Positions 53,601-64,000 of a stretch of 64,000 nt of DNA are shown piece by piece. Each line of letters starts with the position of its first letter. Within the stretch, counting starts at the first letter, position 1. A program made the translations under genes and the position numbers. Source of the DNA: Yuukianura sp. NJ FZ-2021 (lineage: Eukaryota); the NCBI GenBank assembly GCA_046563655.1, contig CM102284.1:3658001-3722000 (forward strand), read 5' to 3'. The notes beneath the pieces were generated by a model. The model was not told the DNA's origin, did no database searches, and was given only the letters and a program-made list of their open reading frames with translations.

Positions 53601-56600
53601 TCACAATTTCCAATTTGGTTCACTTTTTATTCAAGAATCAAAATTTCAAAATCCTTTTACAAACTTTTCATTTTCTTTTTTCAAAAAAATGGGAAAGCTG
53701 CATATGGGAATGTGAACCTGCTTGCTTGAAAACTTACTTTCTCCTGTTCCAAAAAAGAAGTTTTCAGGGCCAAAGCTTAGCATTTTGTTGTTGAGTGTAA
53801 ATTTTTTTGGTGTGACTAACAATTTTGGATGAGCGGGAAGTTGAGTCGTTTTTCGGCGTCCACTTTCCACGCCTTTTTATTTGTAAACCATCTGCCGCTT
53901 TCGTTGGTGAATAAAAATGAGAAAGAAGAATGCATTTAGGTTTTTGAATTGGACGAAACTTTTTTTTTGAAACTCGGGAGCTGTGCTGTGGATGCCGTAT
54001 GGCTTCAATTTCCGTGCTATAGAAAAATAACGGCCTTCCATCACCAACGACACAAGCTGAATAATGGAATTGCGTCAAAACCATTTTTTCTCCTCTACAA
54101 AAGAAAGTTTTTAGATCGCTAAAAGTAAAAATGTTCCCCTCGGGAAAAATAAAAAATGCACTAAAAGTTGAGTCACAACCAAATAACAAAATTCTCATTC
54201 TCACCAGAGTTATTGCAAAATTTGTAAACCTCGACCGTTAAAATTTTGCAATAGCAGCTAAAGGTAGGTCGCAACCACTTTGGAAAACTGTTGTCCCAAG
54301 TGACCTTTGAGGGATCAATAACTTATTCGTGGTGCGTCTACGGTTACAAAAGAATGGAAAAAATAGGAAGGGGCAGCTGAGTCTACAGTGTTGGATGCGT
54401 TGTTCGGAGTATGAAATTCCAACTGCATTTGCAATCATACCCGGGAGACCCGTTTCGGTTTTTGTTCCTGGTTCTCAAAATAGTACTGCAATCTTTAATC
54501 TCCAATTCATCTCAGATCTTCCGGATTGAAAACTTTTTTGAAAAAATCCCAAAGTCCTTTCTATAGTTTCATTTCATTGTTCAAAAATGGCAATTCTGTT
54601 CCTTTCTTTTCAACTTTTTTTGATGTGTTGATCGAGATGAGGTGATCCTGGAAGCGTCTTTCATTGATTAGCACCCAATGCATAACAACTCCTTGAACCT
54701 GACGTGCTGAATGACAATTAGGCTTCTGGCTTCCATCAATTTTTGTTTCTATCCAGATCCCTACCTACTCACTGAAAATTAAAAACCAGAACTTTTAGTT
54801 CTAAAAAATGAGGCTTTAAACTACAGTTTCTAGAATTTCGAAATTTCAAAATTTGAAAGAAAACTTTTTAAAAAGCGAAGCTTTGAGAGTAGAAATTAGG
54901 GTAGGCTGAACTGTTGTAGTTTTCTGTGAAGATGTGATTGTCAAAAAGTTTTGGAAAGAAGCTTAAGGTGGGTTCCAGATGTGTTCTGGGTGCTTCAAAA
55001 ATTTGAAACAGAAGCAAACACATGTAACAAGACTTTTAAAAAATTGTGAAAACGAAAACGACAAGAAGACAAGATGAGAAAAAGTGAATTCTAAAATCTA
55101 AATTTTAGACATAAAATAAACTGCAATTGCAATTAGAGAAGCTTCCGAATACTATTGAAAAATGATAAAGTTTTGTTAAAAAACTAACAAGGGTTAAACC
55201 TAGTCATAATTTGAAACTAATAATGGTTTGAATTCCAGCAAAAATAAAAGCTGTAATAAAATTGTAGCGAAACTGTGCCATTATTATATTTTCCAATAGA
55301 ATTTGAAAAATTCACAAATTTATAGGGTATTACAACAACGGCGGTGCAAAAAAGTCGTTTTTAGCCAAAAGGGAATAAAAGGCGCAAGTCGTAACTCAAA
55401 CATGTCTCTCGTTCTTTTACGATCACAAACATTTTTAGGACTTTTTCCAATCCCAAAAAACCTAACCTAACATTGCCAATTTTTGTCAAAATAACAACCG
55501 AACTTTGAGCTTCTCTTTTACAACTGAAAGTTCCACTTTTAGGACCCCTTAAAAATTTTCGGTTTCTTGGGAACTTTTTAATGAGCCATTTCGGAAACCT
55601 CTCGTTTTCCATTTCCTCGAAAACTAAAGATTTTTCGGTGTGTGCGTTTTCGGATTAGGTTCAAACTAACTTTCCTGGCGCCTTTAAGTTCAGAACAGGG
55701 AAAAGTTAAAATGATGATTTCAAAATGAAGTTCAAAGTGAAAATTAACAAAATTGAGATGCATGATCACACTTGCTAGGTTTTCACTTTGTGCTCCACTG
55801 TGTTATTTGATGTCATGAGCATGATTTTTCAAAGTTGATTTAATTTCTGGCCCTTTTCAAAAACTTTGGGCCTGTTGTGTACCGTACCAGCATGAATCAT
55901 CATCACAGCAGCCCTTCCAGAACCAAGGCTACACAGTACATGCCTTTTTGAGTTCAACATTTTCCAAGCGTCTGTCACAGATCGCTTCTCGCCATGCTTC
56001 AGTCACACGTCCGTCATCGCTCTAGAATTTTCAGAAAAAATGACTCAAGAAATAATCAAATTCACCTTGAACGTCCAGATTTCACTAAACCTTGACCGCG
56101 CATACAATCTTTCATTTGGTTTAGGTTAACTAACCTAACTTTAATTTTAAATAAACTTTAGGCTTTTTTAGATTAGGGTAGTTAGATTTGCTCTGTAGTT
56201 TTCTGACCGATCCTCTCCAATGATAAATTAGTTCCAATTACTCAGCTTCTGGCCTATACTGCAGCAGGGTTAAGATTATGTTTTTCTACTTTCCCTTGAC
56301 TTTTCTCCATCTTGTAGCTTATTGGGGTGTTGCGTGTAGTTTTGGCATTTAGGAAAACCGGGTATTTTGGAGTTTTTGTGAGAAAAGCCAACAGCTGTGT
56401 CCTGCGTGTTGGCTGCATCCTTTGGCAGAGTGCGTTTTCTTGTGCTGTTCCATTAATCTGGAGGCTTCTGCCGAAACTGTCATGGATGTTGGGGAAGGCT
56501 GCTGCAAGGAAAAGAAATTGGGCTGGAATAAGCCATGACCGTGTTTCCTTCTAACCAACATCTTCTGCACTCCGCTGTTTTTGTAATGCAGAGAGCTGCA

Positions 56601-59600
56601 GGATTGCATCTCTGCCAGAGGAATCTGGAAATCCTGGGATCTTCATCTTCAGACCTATCCCAATATTCTCATCTTCTTCCACTGCCATGCCCACTGGCTC
56701 TCCGTGCCAAACCAACCCTACAGGCAAAACACAAAATGCAATGGCCTCCATTTCAAAAAAGAAAAAAAAAACGAAAAAACTTCCAACTTTTGAAAAAATT
56801 CAAGCCAAGTCTTCCAACTTTTCAAAAAAAAATCGGCTACAGTAAAAAGCGTGAATAAGGCCGGCCCATCTACAATTACAAATTCCTTACTACAGAAATT
56901 TAATTTGAAACTTTAAATGGCATTAACGTTCGAAATGTTTGACTACTCTTGAACTCAAATTCTTCAAACTTTTTAAAGTTTCCATGTAAAAGAAATGAGC
57001 GTCTCAAAATTTTGAAAAACGTGAGCTTGAGATGTCGGAAGGAAGATTTTCGAAAACATTTTCGTTTTTGTAACACGCACGGAAACAATAGTAGAATTTA
57101 TTAGTCCTTTTGAAATTCCAAGTTTGAACAAGTATTTATAACTCAAATTATTGCTTCTTCACACTTACGATGAAACTCATTTTTTGAGTTTGCAATTTTT
57201 AATAAGCTTAATTTTCATAACCAGTTTTTAGTTGTATTTACATTTAAAGTTAAAGTACAAACGATAGTAAGAAAAACAATAAGTTAAAACAACAACAATT
57301 AAATCTAAGATTCATGAGATGATGAGCGTGGAATTCACTTTCTCCTGGTAACTTTCTAAAAACAAAATTCTTAATTTATATTTCCATATTTCAAAATTTA
57401 AATATGCTAATTACTACCTACAATATTTTTACATTGGAAAATAAGTATAAATTACTATTTAGAATATACTTGATATAAAATTAATACAAAATCTCATTAC
57501 TTTTAGTATAGAAAAAATTGAATACTATTTGGTAAATCATCTTCCGGGTTGCTTTTCCAAAGTGGAGTTACAAAAATGGCGGATAAAAATACAAATTGGA
57601 AAGGAGCCATGAAAATACAGTCTAAAAAATAGAAGTTTCCTTTTATGTTTTTTTAAAATTTCAAATTTTTTTCAAAATACTACACCCTATGGCAAAAATA
57701 CAAGCATTTTACCTAAACTAACTATGAAATATCTTGTCTTTTCTTTGTCTATACACTCTAAAACCAACAATCGAAATTTTGTCTTGCATTTTCAAACGTT
57801 GAGTAGGGGAGGATGGGGGCAGGTGAATCACTTTTTGTTTAAAAATCGATAAAAAATTACCAGTAATTTTTTAAATTTTTCTGTAAACGGGATTTCATTA
57901 ACTATGCATTTGGTAAGGTATTTATAATTATTTTACATTTTTAAACATTTCGATATTCTTTTAAAAAACGTTTTTGTAAAAACTGGGAAGTGATTCACCT
58001 GACCCCACTCTATGGGGGCAGGTGAATCAGGTCATGTGGTCAGCTGAATCACTGGCTTCAATTAATCAAATGTGAAGAAAACTTCAAATTTTCTGTTAAA
58101 CAATGCTAGGGCAAACTGTTCTGAATTGCTTCAAAATGGTTGCCGGTTTACATTAATTAAATTGCCAGTAGAATTAATTTTTTTGCAATTCACAGCTTTT
58201 TGGTACGTTCTTGGATGGATTTCGACAAAAAAAAATTGAAAAAATCGTTTTATGACGTAAAAACGATTAAAAACTACAAAACACGCCAGTTAAATTGATC
58301 TTCCACAATAGTCTAAAAAATGTATTTTTTTAAGCTATAATGTACTATCCAATAGCGTGTGATTCACCTGACCCCACCTCCACTTTTTTCATTAAACACA
58401 GTTCGGCTAGTCATGCATCACTGAAAAAATCAGCTGTTATGATCTACTCGTGCAGAATCGATTCAGGAACCTATTTCTATAATCAAAATACCAGAAATTC
58501 ACTAGGTTTAGGTGTGCTGTGTGATTTAGTGCTAACATGAAGATTTTAGTATTGCCTTTTTTCGACCAATTTTTCTTTAAAAAATCTGGGCGATTACCAG
58601 GCAAATTAATTTCGCTACTGACACTTGTGTTATAAAGAAATATGCATGATGTGTATAATTGTGAATTTTTCCGATTTTTAAACTGCATTTAAACCAAAAT
58701 TATTTAGGGTGATTCGCCTGACCCCATGATTCACTTGCCCCCATCCTCCCCTACGATGAATTCATTTTTTAAAAAGTCGACCCTCTGGAAGTTAAAATAT
58801 TTTCAAAACTTTAAATATTCTCATTGGTCTGTTCATTTTTTAAGAAAAACTGAAGAGAGAAAGTGTTGGATGTGCTTGACTTGTGAGCTTCTGTTTCTGG
58901 AACTGTTGAGCAAGTTGTTGTTGTTGATGAAAATGCCACTGTGTAGTAACGCGGGAATGCAGAAAACTATGTTAGGTTAACCTAACCACGGCTTCCTCGC
59001 AATAGGTTATGGTCGTTGTCTGAAGAAATGAATTCCATTTGTCTTCATAGTACTACGTGGACTTAAGTAATTTGTCTGGGATTCGAGTCCCAGTTCCTTC
59101 CAATTTCCGATTTGAAAACCATGGACAGCACATCCATCTCGTACGGGAATTGGTTTGGAAGCTACTTCATCACAGCAGCAATCCCAGCTACTCTGCCTGC
59201 ACGACTCTGTATACAAAAAAAAACAGAACATAATGTTATATAGCTTCCAGACATAACTCATGTAAACCTCATACTTTGCTCAAATGACTCAACCAGAACA
59301 GAAATAAAAACCACCATGTTCAAACAGAAGTTTAAAAAATGTCGGAATTGGACAAAGGAAGTAACAACTTTCTCTTAAAGAAAAAGCAAACTCGTAATTC
59401 ATTTCACAGCGCAAATGCCACAAACGGAAGGACGCCATCAATTTTTTAAATATTACAAAAATTCCCGAAAATTCGTACCTAGGTAAGACTAGAGAAAATG
59501 TCGACATATATAACCTAAACAAAAATTGCAAAAATGTTGAACAGTTTTAGAAATTTAGTCTACTGGAAGAGTGCCACTGCATTGGTCAGCATATAGCGAA

Positions 59601-62600
59601 CGGTTCATGTCGATTTAGTTTTAAAATTGATTTTGTGTGTGTAAAACGACTTTACACAATCAAAAGCACGAAAACCATCGTTGATGCACACAAGTGGTGG
59701 TGCTTGGGAATAAATGTGTTCTAAAACATCAAGTTCAAAAAACAAATTCAAAACAGCACTGTAGCTTTCATCTAACATCCGTATTTTTTAATCTACTCAA
59801 ATGTTTCTTTTCAAAAAAGTGCACCGCAACCTTCAGTGAATTCAGTGAACACAGGTCGTAGGTTCCAAAAAATTCAATGGATTACGACCATTTCACGAAG
59901 ACTAGTCATCGGCTTTAGCCGAAAAGCAGCTGCCAGTTCGATCCCAACTGATTATGCGTTCATTATTTCTTTTTTTTTCTGCTCAGAATACCCATAATCC
60001 ACTTCTACAATACTAAAACCTAGCAGTGTAGCCTAACCTAACCTAACGCAGAGGCATAAGGCCTCCAATTCTGTTCCGGTGTCACCTGAACTTCTTTTGG
60101 ACCAACAATACAATGGCTGCCGCCCATTCGAACTACGAGCACCCGAAAATAATGTAGTAGCACCAAGTTCAAAAAAAAGTAGAAGGACCGAAAGGTCTTA
60201 TGAGCTTCAAGTTCAAGTGTACGGGAGCAGCGAGACTAAAAATGAGAGGCTTCTGATGCCTAAGAGCACCGGAAGTTCTAATTTATTTGCTTCACCCGTC
60301 CTTAACATCTTCTTCCAAAACAAATACGCCAAAAGTGACGTCTAAAACAACATGTGATACACACATAAATAAGTCTACAACGTAGCAACTAACGTCAAAA
60401 AATGCCAACGACTACCTCATCAGCACGCACTCTCCAACTGGAAATGAAGCTCAACGTGTTTCAAAATGAGAAACATGAGTGAAAATATGCTCCAAATTTT
60501 TCAAAAATGGTTTAACATTAACAAGGTTCAGAGAAAGCCACTAATGTTAACTATGCTTCGGACTAAAGTTTTCTCCTTGAAGAAGAAAATCCTTGGCAAA
60601 AGTAAAAAATTGTGTATTCTGGGAGTGGAACATGGGAAAATAGTGTTTCTCCTTTGTGGATCCGGTGACTAGTTCTTGAATCCTAACGGGAACTGGAGTG
60701 ACAAGTTGAGGATGCTTCTGGAATTCTAAATAACCTGGACAAAGGATCCTCCTCCTTCTAAGGATTTCAGGATTCGGTGGAACTACAAAGTGAAAGTGCC
60801 CTTGGCAGCTTCTTTTTGAAGTTGCACTGGAACTTTTTTTTAGATGTGGGATGGTGGCACTTAACTTGAAGGAATCTGGGCTCTAAGGAAAGAGGGTCCC
60901 TTGACAATTAAGTGTCCAGGGAACAAAGGATCCATCAAAAACTTCACTAATACAATAATGCACCACTCATGGGCCCTTGGAACAGTTCGTTCCGACAGAA
61001 ATGAATCACTACTTTCCTTACTCCAAAGTTTTACTAATCTTTCACATCAGAACGCAGAGTGAAAGCAGTTCTTTCACTTTCACAAACTTTTGATAAAGTT
61101 AATGAACGTGCAAGTAGGAAAGGTTTTCAAAATCTGGTAAAAAATTAAAATCAAAAAACTTGAAAATGATGAAAAATCGAAAACTAAAAAGACTATAACT
61201 ATAACAACTTGTAAAATCTATTTAAGGTTTAATCCCAGCAGAAACTGAAGAGAACTCCAACAAATCCTAGATGCAAGAACATTAAAAAACGGAAAACTGC
61301 TCGGAAACGAGCAGCAGCAGCCATAGTTCCGAAAAATCCGGATTTGTGCGATGAGTCATCGTGACCTTTTCCTTATAAGTCGTTGCTCCATTGTTTGTAA
61401 CTTTGTTTCGTAAAGTGCATTTGGGATAATACTTTTTTCAGTTTCAGATCTTACCAAAGAGAAGCCATTTTTTGAAAAGAAAAAATGTGAAAGAAGAAGC
61501 GTCATCCCAAAACTTTTCTCATCTTTCCATTCTTTCACTTTTATTTCCTCATGTCTACTACAAAGTTAATAGGATTCCAGACTTCCCCTTTTCAGAGTTT
61601 TTGATGGACATGGAAAACTTATTACGAAAAGTAACAGTCTTTTCAAACAGAGACTTTTACTTTTTTCATGGATTACAATTGGCCAGCAGCAAGCTCAAGT
61701 GCAAACAGGCTTTCAAAGTTTCAAAAATCCGGTTGAGAACAAGAATTATTGTAAAATTGTAAATTCATTCTCTGATTCATTAGGAAGATTGGACTTTTCC
61801 AAACAGAAAAAAATTAGCTAACGTAAAAGGCTTTTAAGTTTCGATTGCTTGCAAAAAATGGCAAATGTGAGTGCCATTTCCGATGGTCGCGGAGTGTGAA
61901 TTTACATTTTGGCGGAGAAAACGGAAGGAAATGGAAATTGCATGCAACTGTTTCCTTGTAAAAATGAATTTTAAGGACCCGGATGCCTTCTGTCTCCATT
62001 CAAGTCCACTTCCTCAGGGCTCCGTTTTGTAAAAGTGTGCAAAGTGTGTTGGTCAAAGTCAACGGACAAACTGTCATGTCAGCACAAAACTTGTTACCGT
62101 AGATCTCCAAATAGTACCCCGGGTACAATTTGTTTCACGATCTTTTGGAGAGAGACCTGGGGCACTTCGACGCGGTGTGTTATTTGGGAACGTAGTATTA
62201 TTATTTGGAAATTTACGGTAATTCCAGTTCCAAAATGATGAGAAGCAAGTGTTGCAACGTTAGTAGCCTAACCTATTCATTTTCTATGGTGAGAACATAA
62301 CCCTTCAACCTAACCTTAAAGGAAACATGACCAACTACCAGCTGTCAGCTACTCCTCCTGTATGTATTTTTTTTTTCAAAATTCAATCGCCATTGTTAAG
62401 TCGCCAGCCTTCTCTCGAGTATGAATTCACGCTAATTAGACTCACTCTTTTGAAGTATTGTTAGCACTAGGAAACAGACGGCGTTGCGTCATCACTTTTT
62501 GGAAAATGGCGCTTTCACTTTATACTTTTGTGCAACTGAGAAATTACTTTGGAAAGTTGCACGTTCAGACGGTTGTGCAACACGAAGTGAAAGTAAACAC

Positions 62601-64000
62601 ACGACTAAGGGCGTGACTCACCTTTTTCTCTGTCAGTTTTTCACAGCGTCTCACTTTGCAGATCTGATGACTCTTTTCATTTCGACATGGAGCACAGTCT
62701 CCACAGTTGTCCTTCCGTTGACACCCTGTACACTCCCCACAGCGCTTCCGCTTCTTCTTCACAGGTTTCTCAAGGTCACCAGACTCCATTGAAGCGTTAT
62801 GGAGACTCCCATGGTCCAAACCACCATTCATGCCCATCACTCCCGGTCGCTTGAAGTCCGAATCTGTACTGGACACGGACGACACTTGAGGGTCATTGAG
62901 ATCATGACTATTGTTATTGTTGAACGAATGGTTATGACTGTTGTACGAATTCTCCAGGGAGTTCTCCATGTTGCGCTTGCGTTTCTGACTCTTCTTCGGT
63001 CCCGCCGGAGATCCACCGTGAGACAACCCACCATTGCCAGTTCCAGTTCCGTTTCCATTGGAGTTGGTAACGATCTGTGGACTGTTTTGTTGCTGAGAGC
63101 CCTGTTGCTGCCCATCTAGCTTCTGATGGTGGTGGTGGATTCGGTGGTGACCGTGGGGGTCAAAGGGGAGCTGCCCATGAGGAAGCTTGACTGTGATGAG
63201 CGTCTCCAGATGACCGTCGTTAGTGAGATACTTGGTGGGAACGGAGGATGGTGGCACATTGAGGTTATTGAGATTCATGTTACTACTATGATGAGTATGG
63301 TGAAGATCAGTAAGATTAAGGCTGGGAAGGTTCCCATCAGTCGTTTGAGTTTGAAGTTTGGCGGTGTGTTGGGGAGGGTGGTGGGCGTGAGGGGGAGGGG
63401 GGTAGTGACCGTGCAGTTGCATTGGAGACACAGGTACCAACTCAAGGAACTGTTGTGACCCGTTCCCAGTAATAAAATGTGGTTGGGCGGGTCCATTCGT
63501 TCCTGGATGTCCGTTCATTACCAATTGATTTGAAGTGACAAAGTGATGGCTGCCGTTGCCATTAGCCAATTGATGATGTTGTGGTGACGATACCGGTGTG
63601 GCACTAATAATTTGGCCAGGGAAAATTTGAATGTGCCTTTCATCTAAAAACTGTGGTTGAGCCTGCGTCGTAGCCACGAGTGTAGGTGGCCCGTGTCCCG
63701 GCGGGATGTAACCTCTATTGGCCGGAAGTGTGTGGAAGCTCGGCAGAGACGGAGCTCCAGGACTTGAAGTTGTGACGGGAACGGGGGAGTGGAGGAGGTC
63801 ACCGTTGCCATGGTGGGGCTGTTGGTGGTGGATCAGGGGAGGGTCATTGAAAGAATTGAATTGTGACTGGAATGAGGGCAGTTTTTGGCCGTTTGGGCCG
63901 AAGGCGTCGGAGAAGGCCGGGAATGCATTTGTGAGCGTCGTGAGTGTCGTCGGTGACTTGCCGGCGGATGTCGTCGGAGTTGTGCCATTTCCGTTGGTGG
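20663..64000 (-). CDS. Tet: TET-family Fe(II)/2-oxoglutarate methylcytosine dioxygenase, long CXXC isoform, 5'-partial
   Basis: Exons in transcript order: 62622 to >64000 (CXXC), 24322-26613, 23759-24112, 22938-23165, 22700-22854, 22362-22639, 20663-22284 (TGA); phases are compatible. Motifs: [75 protein letters not shown] (HxD), [10 protein letters not shown], a ~500-aa low-complexity insert, then [11 protein letters not shown]...HATT...[13 protein letters not shown]. Linkage of the CXXC exon is inferred from phase and known TET architecture. Confidence 0.93.
28111..28286. mobile_element. Degenerate short relative of the adjacent foldback element
   Basis: Left end AGTAACCAGACACTCATGGACGGTCACT and right end ...GTTCAGAAGTGTCAGGGAATC match the two termini of 28751-29489. 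No TSD is recognisable. Confidence 0.55.
28751..29489. mobile_element. 739-bp foldback element with long inverted arms of 14-bp tandem repeats and 8-bp TSD
   Basis: Arms at about 28751-29017 and 29219-29489, each about 16 copies of (T/G/C)AACGGACGGTCAC with matching variant units (TAACGGCCCGATATAC, CAATGGACACATACTC). Direct repeat ATGTTAAT at 28743-28750 and 29490-29497. No ORF. Confidence 0.9.
31076..31123 (-). CDS. Tet: Putative alternative first coding exon of a CXXC-less TET short isoform (predicted 1658 aa)
   Basis: 75-nt exon 31076-31150 with a strong acceptor (ttgtttttgattttag) and GTAAGT donor. All three frames hit stops before ATG 31123, which gives [16 protein letters not shown] in phase 0 with the 26613 exon. 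Confidence 0.65.
33708..36266 (-). CDS. Sola-like DDD transposase, 4 exons, 599 aa, uninterrupted
   Basis: Exons 36258-36266, 36081-36192, 35703-36016 (GC donor AAG|GCAAGT), 33708-35072 total 1800 nt in frame. Motifs: [49 protein letters not shown]; candidate catalytic Asp in [17 protein letters not shown] and [11 protein letters not shown]. Confidence 0.85.
35259..35570. repeat. ~140-bp tandem repeat (about 2.2 copies) made of degenerate GTTAA/GTTAG/GTTAT pentamers, in transposase intron 3
   Basis: AGGTTAACAATGTTAGTTTG occurs at 35311 and 35451; TGTTAAGTTAAGG occurs at about 35262, 35401 and 35541. Confidence 0.85.
57806..58751. mobile_element. 946-bp non-autonomous TIR element (MITE) with TA target duplication (IS630-Tc1-mariner/pogo-like)
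   Basis: 25-bp TIRs GGGGAGGATGGGGGCA(G/A)GTGAATCA at 57806-57830 and 58727-58751 (1 mismatch); TA at 57804-57805 and 58752-58753; five internal copies of the TIR core; no transposase ORF. Confidence 0.88.
62622..64000 (-). CDS. Tet: TET N-terminal exon with CXXC zinc finger (TET3/IDAX type)
   Basis: The frame is open from the window end (63998) to [46 protein letters not shown], followed by a phase-0 GTGAGT donor at 62621-62616. Confidence 0.9.

Noticed and set aside
43082-56273. Inverted pair TTAACCCTGCTGC ... GCAGCAGGGTTAA resembling piggyBac ends
   Set aside because: Only 9 bp match beyond TTAA, the ends are 13 kb apart, and there is no transposase between them.
1-64000. tRNA, rRNA or snRNA genes
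   Set aside because: No cloverleaf, A/B-box pair or rRNA-like sequence was recognised by eye; small ncRNAs cannot be excluded without a covariance-model search.

Overview
AT-rich, intron-containing animal genomic DNA, probably arthropod (inferred from TTAGG-type repeats and the gene types; species not identifiable). Manual splicing gives four host genes. (1) The 3' 14 exons of a heparan sulfate N-deacetylase/N-sulfotransferase (NDST/sulfateless; +, 838-5557). (2) An Rh-family ammonium transporter (Rh50; +, 6361-10940) with two alternative N-terminal/TM0 modules. (3) A short perilipin (-, 11293-12926). (4) A very large TET dioxygenase gene (-, 20663 to beyond 64000), whose CXXC exon lies about 36 kb from the catalytic exons, with an internal ATG exon predicting a CXXC-less isoform. 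The large TET intron holds an apparently intact 4-exon Sola1-like DNA transposon (33548-36698), a TA-flanked MITE and foldback elements. The foldback elements, together with one in the Rh gene, share conserved asymmetric termini, and two have exact 8-bp TSDs. The most notable observations are the swappable Rh TM0 exons, substitutions in the TET CpG-reading loop and 2-oxoglutarate pocket, the TET short-isoform exon, the intact transposon, the asymmetric foldback family, and a DR1 nuclear-receptor site cluster upstream of perilipin. All calls are by eye; no database searches were run.
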